From positions 1 through 64,000 of IMG/VR virus record IMGVR_UViG_3300034052_000013: 64,000 nt of DNA; one strand, written 5' to 3'. This document shows positions 41,401 through 49,945 of this stretch, piece by piece; the first letter of the stretch is position 1; each line of letters opens with the position of its first letter. Source of the stretch: a virus. Its lineage: Duplodnaviria > Caudoviricetes. The notes beneath the pieces are model-generated. The model had not been told where the DNA came from and did no database searches. It saw nothing but the letters and a program-made list of their open reading frames with translations. Made by a program: the position numbers and the translations under genes.

Positions 41401-41814
41401 ACTGAAATATTAATTTTATCTGTCACATTTTTAACAGCAAAACTTATTTATGGACTGTCTAAAGGTGATAAGGATGATGATAAAATGTTACTTACAACAG
41501 CTTATTTTTCTAGAAGGTTATTTGGAGAGCTAGTTTTTTACTTACCAATACTAAGCCCTTCAGATGCTTTAAGAACTGTTAGAACCCCTTCAGCTACACT
41601 TTCTACAATTGAAAGTTTAACTAAATTCATTGACCAATTTGTTTTTGAAGATTTATTTGCAGATGAATGGGAGACATATCAAAGAGGTAGACATAAAGGT
41701 GAATCTAAATCTTGGGTGATGTTTAATAAGACATTTAACCCTTTATATAAAAACTATTTAGACAGAGATATAGAAGATTCTGCAAATAGATTATTTAATG
41801 TTGGTGTAAGATAA
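38470..41814 (+). CDS. giant internal virion protein following the vRNAP
   Basis: ~1114 aa from ATG 38470; helical, with a hydrophobic segment near the C-terminus (ILILSVTFLTAKLIYGL); third giant gene. Confidence 0.65.
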   Translation: MASCPYKKDPDWISLVAKHGELEAYYLYVHNGYKIPTNVSEVPPQHTWAKEDEELVQNLKDITQLREEILISLVTKANIFSKQEEFTGNLKTLIKDLVEADIQKSIIIFLDNTNKKMEALKQRMRDNSDDIEALKLIKDFSTTYELVYDMGRVLAKSDKTSSKKLKKYINKIKGDLSELNDMYIRYSRDILAKSLAQHSTVIRHEYKVKFAKEFKDNHDKKSFKDEATYEEAKFKYVDENITRLHDQIQKEEEQNIKRLLITAPEDISEIVKSISDPRNIKDHILQLAVLTLDNADHRAYSQFIEDERTVLEKFKNFQGKRGAVMTDQTKLYNGIIEKIDGVETQYYVRKHYSTYYEALNRFFKERKSLIDERDYYEHKDLEKYNELVQKEQELVTEFRDKWFDMPSDAKSNTDFWHAIKYDKWVKQEFVNPQFTNMSADTKQMYDFLIEFNQESDKLVPYRARLGYRLPSVDKTKSEKIQSSLKKEGSVWGNIKRSVQQTLGLVESDTEFGDLETSVDSEGNKIIKVIRDVGGKAYEHIAVPFRQPISAQNQSYDLVGMALSNRYVSLNYAEKSNIKVELEVLKDITADRTVVKRKGLKTQVIHAFNYEKLTGEELSNIPDTLKGIESKSHKRLVSLLEDRLYGKHNVPTMIGSVSMDKVASLLTGWSADLMLITNVWGAVANTLNGKTMNFLEGTRRIHYDRKNLRHAEVSYWKDMGNIAMDFEELSPNSITNILMQEFLDSSINFDPLSNNLVKDNKVKRLFNKKTLHAANTMAEHYIQGTLMYAVLDNYKILKDGKYIDAKGNVTTRENALTLREAFKNVKGKATLPNGYTVEGFSQKQMEEGLYKEIIRRKIKDVTADLQGQYDSVNKAEWERMFYAKLVLFLRKWVIRGSQRRFMGLKYVTTDFNEMSRDDKFYSEAAQEYKEGTYTTMFRFFNSARKNLISLKGQTETLSIGDKWKDLSDYEQAQIRSALTEILILSVTFLTAKLIYGLSKGDKDDDKMLLTTAYFSRRLFGELVFYLPILSPSDALRTVRTPSATLSTIESLTKFIDQFVFEDLFADEWETYQRGRHKGESKSWVMFNKTFNPLYKNYLDRDIEDSANRLFNVGVR

Positions 41815-41825
41815 TAAAAATGTTG

Positions 41826-41833
41826 TATATTTG
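41826..41833 (+). promoter_or_regulatory. Bacteroidota-type -7 promoter element TATATTTG
   Basis: Intergenic; 15 nt before ATG 41849. Confidence 0.65.
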
Positions 41834-41848
41834 TAAAAAATAGTGATT

Positions 41849-44062
41849 ATGAAATTAAATAAATTGACGAATGCAGATACTATCAATTTAATTGAAAATG
41901 CTTCTGAGCTTAAGCAATTAAATAAGTATCAGTCTAAAGATTTTGTAGAGGATTTTATAGGGCTTAGTTTAGCTAGGTCTGGTTTTTATGGAATTTTAGA
42001 TGGTGAATCTGCTAGACCTATAAAAAATAGCCAAACAAGTTTTAACTCTAAAAGAGATTTTACAATCCTTATCGAAGGGTATGTTGAATTGATTAAAGAA
42101 CCAGTTAATACTGGAACAGGAATTATATCTTATACGGGATATGGGGTGCTTGTTGTAGGTGGAAGTGTTGTTTATGATGGACGTGTTATTCAAGTCTCAG
42201 AAGACCTTGCTTCTTTAGAAGAAGATGTTGAAACAATAGAAGAAACTTTACCTTTAAAAGCAGATTTAGTAGGGGGACTTGTTCCAGCAGAACAATTACC
42301 TTCTTATGTTGATGATATTATAGAAGTCGCAAATTATGCAGCTTTACCAGACCCAGGTGAAGCTGGTAAAATTTATATCACTTTAGATACAGGAAATTCT
42401 TACAGATGGAGTGGTAGTGTTTATGTAGATTTTTCTGCAAGTATTAACCAAACTCAAACTAAATATGTAGATTCAATTTATGGGTCTAATGCTGGAAATG
42501 GTACGATAGCAAAACCTTACCAAACCCCAGAACATGCTATTACACAAATAGACCCTATTATAGAAACATTTTCAGCAAACACAACACTTAACAGTAATTC
42601 AATCTTTATACCAACAGGTTTAACAGCTAATATGACTGTAGGTAGAATGATTTGTGGTACAGGTATTCCTTATGGCACAACGATTATTGGAGCAGGTAGT
42701 CCTAATGCTTTAACAATATCACAAAATGCTACTGCAAATGGTACAGGTGTTTCTCTTACAGTAGAAGAAGAGATTACTATTAAAACATTTGGTAATTTTG
42801 AGATAACAGCAAGTCAAATATTTAAAGATGGTGTTAATTGGGATTTCGGGGATAGTGTGATTACTTGGGGTGACCTTACATTGTTTGATATAACTACAGT
42901 ATTGAAACATGACTTTAAAGTAATAGGGGGAAGATTTGTAGGTATTCATGCAAATAGCTACATGTATCGTAACTCATCAGCACAAAACATTGAAAATATA
43001 ATCGAATTTAATAATATGCAAGGTTATTCAATAACCACTAGTTATTTGTTTTACGATTGGGTTAGTTTTGATTCAACATTTAAAATACGTAATTGTAAAT
43101 TTTCTGCACCTTTTGGAAGATTAGGGAAAATAGCCAAACTAAATAACTATATTGATATTCAAGGATATGCACTATTAAGTGGATTTGAACTAGGTGGTAA
43201 TAATAAAATAGACGGAATTATAACAACACCATCATCTATATTAGCTTTTTATCAATCTGAAAATGCTAATAGAAATGTAAAAATAGATGCAAATATATTT
43301 GGTTCATTATTCCTTACAACAAGAGGAGTGTCACAAATAAATGGAGACATTACAGGAGATTCTGTATCATTAGGAATGATTGGAAGTACATCTGAAAATA
43401 TTTTAATAAATGGTGCGGTTGTGTCTAATATGGTAACAAAAACAGGTTATGGTACAATAACAATTAATGGGAAGTGGAGTGGTAATATTTCATTATCGGA
43501 AGGGACGATAATAAATAATTCAAATACAAATTATTTTAATATTGCAATAACAGGAAATGGTCGGTTTATAAACAATGCTGACTTTAAAAATAATGGTGGT
43601 ATTATGTTTGTTTCAATTAATGGAGCCAATGCATATTTTGAAAATAATGGATTTTGGTATTCTAATTCAAATGGACAAATGGTTTTATTAACATCGGGAA
43701 AGGTTGTTAATAAAGGGACAATAGAAGAAGGATTTTTTTATGCTCCTATTGTTCAAAATGGTGGAACATTTATAAATGATGGAACTTTAATACAATCAGA
43801 TACGGGAAATCCAAATGCGTGTCTTATAAAATCAGCAGGAACATTTGTAAATGACGGTGGTCAGTTAAAAACTGTTGGGAGTAAATCTCCTATTAAATGT
43901 ACAGCAGACACATCAGCATCAAAAGATATATATGTATTAGGTTGTACTACTAACTGTGATGGCACTACTTATGGGTTACTTTTTGCTTTTGATGGTGGAA
44001 GTTTTGCACCAAACCCAATAATACTTAATAATTTAAACGAAGCAACAACTTATATTTGGTAA
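41849..44062 (+). CDS. tail fibre/spike with beta-helix-like C-terminal region
   Basis: KADLVGGLVPAEQLPSYVDD...GKIYI fibre module, YVDSIYGSN...GTIAKPYQT tailspike-type entry motif, then Gly/Asn/Ile-rich repeats. Confidence 0.7.
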   Translation: MKLNKLTNADTINLIENASELKQLNKYQSKDFVEDFIGLSLARSGFYGILDGESARPIKNSQTSFNSKRDFTILIEGYVELIKEPVNTGTGIISYTGYGVLVVGGSVVYDGRVIQVSEDLASLEEDVETIEETLPLKADLVGGLVPAEQLPSYVDDIIEVANYAALPDPGEAGKIYITLDTGNSYRWSGSVYVDFSASINQTQTKYVDSIYGSNAGNGTIAKPYQTPEHAITQIDPIIETFSANTTLNSNSIFIPTGLTANMTVGRMICGTGIPYGTTIIGAGSPNALTISQNATANGTGVSLTVEEEITIKTFGNFEITASQIFKDGVNWDFGDSVITWGDLTLFDITTVLKHDFKVIGGRFVGIHANSYMYRNSSAQNIENIIEFNNMQGYSITTSYLFYDWVSFDSTFKIRNCKFSAPFGRLGKIAKLNNYIDIQGYALLSGFELGGNNKIDGIITTPSSILAFYQSENANRNVKIDANIFGSLFLTTRGVSQINGDITGDSVSLGMIGSTSENILINGAVVSNMVTKTGYGTITINGKWSGNISLSEGTIINNSNTNYFNIAITGNGRFINNADFKNNGGIMFVSINGANAYFENNGFWYSNSNGQMVLLTSGKVVNKGTIEEGFFYAPIVQNGGTFINDGTLIQSDTGNPNACLIKSAGTFVNDGGQLKTVGSKSPIKCTADTSASKDIYVLGCTTNCDGTTYGLLFAFDGGSFAPNPIILNNLNEATTYIW

Positions 44063-44064
44063 TT

Positions 44065-44466
44065 ATGGAATTAAAACAAATAATATTAAACAATGAATAT
44101 AGACGTTTTGTTATAGTAACAGATGTCAATAATGTAGGAATTAAACTAGATGATGACAATGTAGACGATGGTTTTGTTGTGTTAAATGATGAAGAAGATT
44201 TAATAACAAATAAGGCATTTGATGCAGTGTTGTTTATCCTAGAAAATGGTACACAAGAAACAAGTTTACAATATGCTATATATAGTGGAGATGGAGATAG
44301 TCTTAATGTACAGTCTTTAAATAATAAAGTGTTTGACACTGGTTCGGCACAAGTATATGCACAAGGACTTCCTACTGATACTCCAGAGGTTAAATCTAAA
44401 AAACTACAATCAATATTAGATTTAACAGATTTTAAGAGAATGTGTGTTGAAATAATAAATAGATAG
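44065..44466 (+). CDS. hypothetical protein (tail-fibre associated)
   Basis: Follows the fibre gene; ATG 44065. Confidence 0.5.
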   Translation: MELKQIILNNEYRRFVIVTDVNNVGIKLDDDNVDDGFVVLNDEEDLITNKAFDAVLFILENGTQETSLQYAIYSGDGDSLNVQSLNNKVFDTGSAQVYAQGLPTDTPEVKSKKLQSILDLTDFKRMCVEIINR

Positions 44467-44468
44467 TT

Positions 44469-45080
44469 ATGGCAAAGACAATATTTGGAAACCTATATTT
44501 AAAAGTAGTTGATGCTGCAACAAGAATATTTCAGTTGGAGCAAGGTAACTATGATGATATGTTAGGTCAGTTGAGGACTGCTTTAACAGGTGCAGCACAA
44601 TGGAATCTAAAACAAATATCTAATACAGGTTTTATTGCTGGGTTTTTACGTAATAATAGTGGTGATTTTTATCAATGTACTATTCAAGTCCCTCATAGAC
44701 GACAATTAGGAAGTGTTCTAGGAGATATTCATGCACATTATGTATTAGATACGGCAGCAACTGCTGGTCAAGAGATTATATTTACAGGTAAATATACTTG
44801 GCTTAAAGTTGGTGATACAATACCTGCTGATGCTTCATGGACAGATTTTGGAACAATGACATTAACAGTACCAGTTGGAGGCTATCCTCAATGGTATTAT
44901 GGTTTATTTGGTTTTGCAACTGAGATTAATCCCCCTGCTGATGAAGGATATGGTGGTATGCTATTAATAAAGATTACAAGAGGTAATGGTAGTTATGGTG
45001 GAGAGATAGGTATATTAGATACTGATGCTCACAGTAGAATGGATAAATTTGGCAGTATTAATCGCTTTACAGATATATAA
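44469..45080 (+). CDS. putative virion accessory protein (beta-rich)
   Basis: IQVPHRRQLGSVLGDIHAHY motif; begins MAKTIFG. Confidence 0.5.
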   Translation: MAKTIFGNLYLKVVDAATRIFQLEQGNYDDMLGQLRTALTGAAQWNLKQISNTGFIAGFLRNNSGDFYQCTIQVPHRRQLGSVLGDIHAHYVLDTAATAGQEIIFTGKYTWLKVGDTIPADASWTDFGTMTLTVPVGGYPQWYYGLFGFATEINPPADEGYGGMLLIKITRGNGSYGGEIGILDTDAHSRMDKFGSINRFTDI

Positions 45081-45595
45081 TGGCTAAAACTAGATTTGGA
45101 GATATATTGAGAATTAAAAGTAATGGGTTTATAGACTATAATGATTTAGCAACTCAAAGTGTCCCTATTGCTTATACTTCTGGTACTATTAAAATAACAA
45201 ATGATGGGTTAGGAGCCTATACTCAAGATACATATAAACCAAAAGGTAGTTCACCTTTATGGAAAACAGATGTAAATCAGTTTGATTTTTCAAGTTTAGA
45301 TATTGGAAATGAAGCAATGGTTCGTATAGATGTTGAAGTAGAGACGACTGTAAGTAATCAAGAGGTTTGTTTTGATATGGTATTTGGAATTGGAGAGTCA
45401 GAATATTCTTTAAATGTAGAAACGGTATCATATAAAACTGCCGGTTGGCATAAAATTGTAAGAGCTTGTCATTTTTACATTGGCAATACCATAACAAAGA
45501 ATAACCCGGCAGAACTTAGATTTCATTCTGATGGTGATGATAATGCAAATATTAAAGTAAATGGATTTTATATAAGTGTATTAAGAAGATTGTAA
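45080..45595 (+). CDS. putative virion accessory protein (beta-sandwich-like)
   Basis: Beta-strand-rich; begins MAKTRFG. Confidence 0.5.
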   Translation: MAKTRFGDILRIKSNGFIDYNDLATQSVPIAYTSGTIKITNDGLGAYTQDTYKPKGSSPLWKTDVNQFDFSSLDIGNEAMVRIDVEVETTVSNQEVCFDMVFGIGESEYSLNVETVSYKTAGWHKIVRACHFYIGNTITKNNPAELRFHSDGDDNANIKVNGFYISVLRRL

Positions 45596-45606
45596 TAAAT
45601 ATTTTG

Positions 45607-45614
45607 TATATTTG
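45607..45614 (+). promoter_or_regulatory. Bacteroidota-type -7 promoter element TATATTTG (lysis operon)
   Basis: Intergenic; 16 nt before ATG 45631. Confidence 0.65.
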
Positions 45615-45630
45615 TATAAATATAATTGCT

Positions 45631-45819
45631 ATGGAAATAATCTTAGAAGAAGTAGAAAAACAAGCTTCAATAAACTTAAAAAAAGAGGAAATAAAACTTC
45701 GTAGAAAAAATGAAGATTTAATTTTCATATCATTTTCAGAACTTTCTGAAGAAGATCAAAAACTAGTCAGTCAAATATTTAATTTAATTAATAAACTTAA
45801 TAAGAGTAAGGGGGTTTAA
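45631..45819 (+). CDS. small hypothetical protein
   Basis: ATG 45631; the track's longer start overlaps the promoter. Confidence 0.5.
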   Translation: MEIILEEVEKQASINLKKEEIKLRRKNEDLIFISFSELSEEDQKLVSQIFNLINKLNKSKGV

Positions 45820-45820
45820 A

Positions 45821-46267
45821 ATGGTGAATTTGGTCATATCTTTAGTAACAGTAATTGTTGGAATTGTTGGTGTTTATTGGAAACTTGTATTAAAAATACA
45901 AGCTTTACGTATACAATTTAATACATTAAAAGAAGAATTTGATGAACATAAAAAACAAACTCCAATATGTTTAAAAAATTTTGAAGATATGAATAAAAGC
46001 ATAGCTCTTCTTCAAACTGAAGAGCGTATTAAAGAGCAGTATCAGACACAAATAATAAAAGATTTACTAGCTCCTATGATAAAAGATATTACAGCTACAC
46101 TTTCAGAATATGTAGATATTAAAACAGGTGTTATTACTAGAGAGGTAGAATATTTGAAGACTGAAAATGTAGAATTTAAAAAAGATATAAAAGAACTTTT
46201 TATTGATTTTAAAGAACATACAGAAAAAATGATTGACAGATTAGTTGATAAAAAATCTAAATCGTAA
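45821..46267 (+). CDS. holin-like membrane protein (1 TM + coiled coil)
   Basis: N-terminal TM LVISLVTVIVGIVGVYW, two genes upstream of the endolysin. Confidence 0.45.
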   Translation: MVNLVISLVTVIVGIVGVYWKLVLKIQALRIQFNTLKEEFDEHKKQTPICLKNFEDMNKSIALLQTEERIKEQYQTQIIKDLLAPMIKDITATLSEYVDIKTGVITREVEYLKTENVEFKKDIKELFIDFKEHTEKMIDRLVDKKSKS

Positions 46268-46270
46268 ATT

Positions 46271-47389
46271 ATGAAAAATTCACAATTAATATTATCTACT
46301 TTTACGGATAATCATACACATGTCTTTGATGAGAAGTGTGTTGCTGATGGGTATATAGGACATCCATTATTACAAAAACTTGTGAATACTTATCCTAAAA
46401 CAGTCACTTGGATTTTAGATAAAATTATACCTTCTAAAAAAGATACTTTAAGTAAGTATGCTTCTTTTACAAGGAGTGTCAATCGTACTATGTTACAAAA
46501 CTTAAATGAGTTAAAGAAACTTTATCCTAAAAACACAAGTTTTGCTGTTCTTGCTATTAATATGCATTACATGAAAGCAGGTAAAGTTGAAAAACCTTTT
46601 GCTAAGCAGATGCAAGAATTAATAGGTTTAAAACAAGCAGGGGAACCTATTTTAATTTATTACCATGCTGTACCAGATGATCCAGAATGCATGTCTTTAT
46701 TAGACAAATATAAAGATAAGATTGAAGGTATTAAAATTTACCCTTTAATGGGATATTTCCCTTATGATAAGTGTATGTTTGAGGTTTATCAAATTTGTTC
46801 GGATTTAAACCTTCCTGTAATATCTCATACAGCACCTGTAAACCCTACACATTATAGAGATGAAAATGATATCCACCAACGTTTAGAAAATTCTGTAATA
46901 ACTTTAATGCCAGATACAAAAACTCAAGCAGAATTGTGTGCTAATTTTTCACACCCTTTGAATTTACGATATACAGCAAAACAATTTCTAAAAGTTAATT
47001 TTTGTGCTGCCCATTTAGGTGGTAAGGATGAAATACAAAAGTTTATAGATAATAATGAAATAGATTATATCATAGGTAAACGTAGATTAGGTACTAAAAA
47101 ATTACATGATTTATCTTGGACTTACCACATCTTACAAGCTTGTATAGATTTACCTAATTTTTATACTGACACTAGTTTTTCTATTTCTAATCCAGAATAT
47201 TATAATTTAATATCTAAATTATTAGATATACCAATCTTACAAAATAAGATTCTTTTTGGTTCAGATTATTACATGAATAAAACTGTAGCAACTCAAGACG
47301 CTTATTATAGAAATTTTAAAAGTGCAATTGGTATTTTTAAATTTAGTAAAATTTCAAGAGAAAACCTACTTAAATTCTACAAAATATGA
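46271..47389 (+). CDS. amidohydrolase-superfamily (TIM barrel) metallohydrolase
   Basis: DNHTH, GIKIYP, VISHT, AAHLG, YTDTS and LFGSDY form the full Amidohydro_2-type motif set. Confidence 0.85.
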   Translation: MKNSQLILSTFTDNHTHVFDEKCVADGYIGHPLLQKLVNTYPKTVTWILDKIIPSKKDTLSKYASFTRSVNRTMLQNLNELKKLYPKNTSFAVLAINMHYMKAGKVEKPFAKQMQELIGLKQAGEPILIYYHAVPDDPECMSLLDKYKDKIEGIKIYPLMGYFPYDKCMFEVYQICSDLNLPVISHTAPVNPTHYRDENDIHQRLENSVITLMPDTKTQAELCANFSHPLNLRYTAKQFLKVNFCAAHLGGKDEIQKFIDNNEIDYIIGKRRLGTKKLHDLSWTYHILQACIDLPNFYTDTSFSISNPEYYNLISKLLDIPILQNKILFGSDYYMNKTVATQDAYYRNFKSAIGIFKFSKISRENLLKFYKI

Positions 47390-47826
47390 AAAGAGTACAA
47401 GTTTCAAAAAACTTTTATTTAGATGAGTATTTTGATAAAGACACTTATAAAAAATACGAAGCTTCTGGAGAACTTTGGAAATTATGTTTAAAATTAGATA
47501 CAAACATAGTTGAAGGTGTTCAACTGTTACGTGATAAATTGGGTGTTTCTTTAACAATTAACAATTGGCATTCTGGTGGGGTAAGAGAATGGTCTGGTTA
47601 CAGACCTAAAGGTACACCTTATTATTCAGAAAATTCAATGCATTCTATTTGTAGAGCTGTAGATATTGTCTGTTCAATACCTGCAGAAGATGTTAGAACT
47701 TTTATCAGAACAAATTGGAATGATTTTAAAAAATACTTTAAAAGAACAGAAGCTAATACTTCTTGGGTACATTTAGATAGTGGTTTTGTATTAGATTATT
47801 CTAAATTAACTTACGTTAACCCTTGA
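47386..47826 (+). CDS. endolysin, peptidase M15 family
   Basis: SKNFYLDEY, SGYRP, SMHSICRAVD and WVHLD zinc-peptidase motifs. Confidence 0.85.
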   Translation: MKRVQVSKNFYLDEYFDKDTYKKYEASGELWKLCLKLDTNIVEGVQLLRDKLGVSLTINNWHSGGVREWSGYRPKGTPYYSENSMHSICRAVDIVCSIPAEDVRTFIRTNWNDFKKYFKRTEANTSWVHLDSGFVLDYSKLTYVNP

Positions 47827-47844
47827 TTTTAAGAAAAAATCTAG

Positions 47845-47852
47845 TATCTTTA
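47845..47852 (+). promoter_or_regulatory. variant -7 promoter element TATCTTTA
   Basis: One mismatch to TAnnTTTG; 19 nt before ATG 47872, the same spacing as the other sites; TTG upstream at 47823. Confidence 0.4.
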
Positions 47853-47871
47853 CATTAAAATAATAATAAAT

Positions 47872-48774
47872 ATGAATAGTTTACAAATGGTTTTAGAAGT
47901 TACGTATGTAACAAATGGTTTAACACCCACTGCAGTAGAGGGTGTTGATTTCTTTTTTAGAAATTATACTTTAAAAGGTTTAATAACTTATACATTGCCT
48001 TTAGGAGCAGTTCCTGCAGAATGGAATGTTCATTATACAGTTATAAACCCTTCTAATCAATATATTACATATCCTGTAACAACTTGTGATGTTGCTCCAA
48101 ATGCAATACAATTCACTCCAACAGAATTAGGTAATTATACAGTTCAATGTACAATTGAAGATACAAATACAGGTAATATGTATGAAGAGTCTCTTACAGT
48201 TGGGTGTTGGAATTTTTTGACATCAGAGTTAACAGCATGTGGTAGTTTCATTATTACTAATAATTCTCCAGTAGATGTTTCTATTTCTGTAGATGGTATT
48301 GATGATAGTGTTGTTATAACTGACCAAAATATCCCTACCACAGAATCTTATACTTTAGAAGTTACTGACCCTTTAATTTATTTTTTAACAGCTACTTATA
48401 TACCTGTAGGGGAAATTGATGAGGTAGAAGAAGTATATGTATTAAATAACTATTGTGCTGTTAATGATTGTATCAGTTCTTATATCCTTGATGTAGTTTG
48501 TGAAGATACTAGAGAATGTAAAGAGTGCCCTTCAGAAACAGATTTAAATCAGTTGTTGTTATTAGTGTATACTTATACTATGAAGTTAAATGAAGAGTAC
48601 GGTATCAGTAATTTTTACACAACTTTAAATCAATCTCAATTGCAAGATTTTACAACTATACAATCTGTAATGGATAGGTTAGTTAAATTTTGTAATCGCC
48701 GCAATTGTGCGGGGGTTAGTAATAATAATCCAGGGTATAGTTGGTCAAATTCAGGTTGTACATCATGCAATTAA
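47872..48774 (+). CDS. structural protein (Ig-like folds, Cys-rich C-terminus), possible tail hub
   Basis: Thr/Val-rich beta N-terminus and Cys-rich helical C-terminus. Confidence 0.45.
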   Translation: MNSLQMVLEVTYVTNGLTPTAVEGVDFFFRNYTLKGLITYTLPLGAVPAEWNVHYTVINPSNQYITYPVTTCDVAPNAIQFTPTELGNYTVQCTIEDTNTGNMYEESLTVGCWNFLTSELTACGSFIITNNSPVDVSISVDGIDDSVVITDQNIPTTESYTLEVTDPLIYFLTATYIPVGEIDEVEEVYVLNNYCAVNDCISSYILDVVCEDTRECKECPSETDLNQLLLLVYTYTMKLNEEYGISNFYTTLNQSQLQDFTTIQSVMDRLVKFCNRRNCAGVSNNNPGYSWSNSGCTSCN

Positions 48775-49673
48775 CAGGTTTAAGAGCACCTTCAAAGTAC
48801 AAGGCTACTTTAGTTGGGAAAGATAAGTTATTTTATAAAGGTTGGGGTGTTATTGAAAATAAAGTCACCACACTATCTGATTTAGCTAAAACTTACACAT
48901 CAAATGGTGTAGCTGATAAAGCTTTATATTATTTTAAAGCAGCTAATATGTATTTTTATTATCTTCACTTATTAATTTGTATTAAAGAAGAGTGTGATAC
49001 GTATGGTTATACAATAGATAGTGAAGAAATTATAGAGAAGTATAAATTAACATGTGTTGAAGAAAATCTTGTTTGTCTTAGTAAATATTACGGAACAGAT
49101 TACACAACAACTTATAACAACCTTGTAACAGCTATTTTTTCTACAGATTTAGTAGTAACTCCTACATATTTTACAATTTTTGATGATTGGTATGTACCTA
49201 CAATTGGAGATATGGCTGAAATTTATACAAATTTAATGTTAATTGGTAACCCTGGACAATATGATTTACAAGGTGTTTATGGTACTTGTACAGCTGTCCA
49301 AAGTATTGGAGACCATAATGTAGTAGCTTTAGATGCAGCTATTGGTGTTGCAGGACAAAACCGTGCACGTACTTTACCCTTACTTACAATTCCTGTTAGA
49401 CAATTTAAATCTCCTGATTATTCAATAGGAGATGTTGGTCCAGCAGGTGGTTATATTTATTCTGTCAGTAATGCAGATGTTTGTTATGAAGCTTTAGATG
49501 TTACTCATGTAGTTGAATTACCTTTTGGTTTAGATGGTGTTTTTGTAAACCCAATTTATCAAAGTGTAGGTGAAGGTCTCCAAGCTCAAGCTGATTTATT
49601 GTTATTAATGGAACCTTTAGAGGATTATCACAACTCTACAGTTAATATTTCTAGAAAAGAATATTTAGTTTAA
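48765..49673 (+). CDS. structural protein with C-terminal DUF1566/C-type-lectin-like region
   Basis: DDWYVPTIGDMAEIYTNL and YSIGDVGPAGGYIY motifs; ATG 48765. Confidence 0.5.
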   Translation: MQLTGLRAPSKYKATLVGKDKLFYKGWGVIENKVTTLSDLAKTYTSNGVADKALYYFKAANMYFYYLHLLICIKEECDTYGYTIDSEEIIEKYKLTCVEENLVCLSKYYGTDYTTTYNNLVTAIFSTDLVVTPTYFTIFDDWYVPTIGDMAEIYTNLMLIGNPGQYDLQGVYGTCTAVQSIGDHNVVALDAAIGVAGQNRARTLPLLTIPVRQFKSPDYSIGDVGPAGGYIYSVSNADVCYEALDVTHVVELPFGLDGVFVNPIYQSVGEGLQAQADLLLLMEPLEDYHNSTVNISRKEYLV

Positions 49674-49686
49674 TTATACGTTAAAA

Positions 49687-49720
49687 CATATAAAATAGGA
49701 GTTTAACCCTATTTTATATG
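49687..49720. terminator. bidirectional terminator between convergent modules
   Basis: Perfect 13-bp inverted repeat CATATAAAATAGG / CCTATTTTATATG with an 8-nt loop. Confidence 0.75.
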
Positions 49721-49735
49721 TGATAGCATATAATA

Positions 49736-49945
49736 TTAATCATTATCTAAACTTTGCCAATTTTTATTAAGATTAATATATTCAATACACTTTAGTACAA
49801 TTTCTTTAGCTTCTTCTTTTGTTCTGTATTGTAAGATTTTTGCAATGTGCTGAGCAAAATTATCTGATGAGATGTTTTTATACTCCCAACCACATTGGCA
49901 AGGAGTGTCCCAACATTTAGGACAGTCTGACAAGCTCATAATCAC
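49736..49945 (-). CDS. small Cys-motif hypothetical protein
   Basis: DCPKCWDTPCQCG at the N-terminus. Confidence 0.55.
   Translation of the reverse strand: MIMSLSDCPKCWDTPCQCGWEYKNISSDNFAQHIAKILQYRTKEEAKEIVLKCIEYINLNKNWQSLDND

Noticed and set aside
44051-44058. TATATTTG at the end of the fibre gene
   Set aside because: It is coding (Y-I-W) and only 6 nt from the next ATG, unlike the 15-31 nt spacing of the accepted sites; may be chance.
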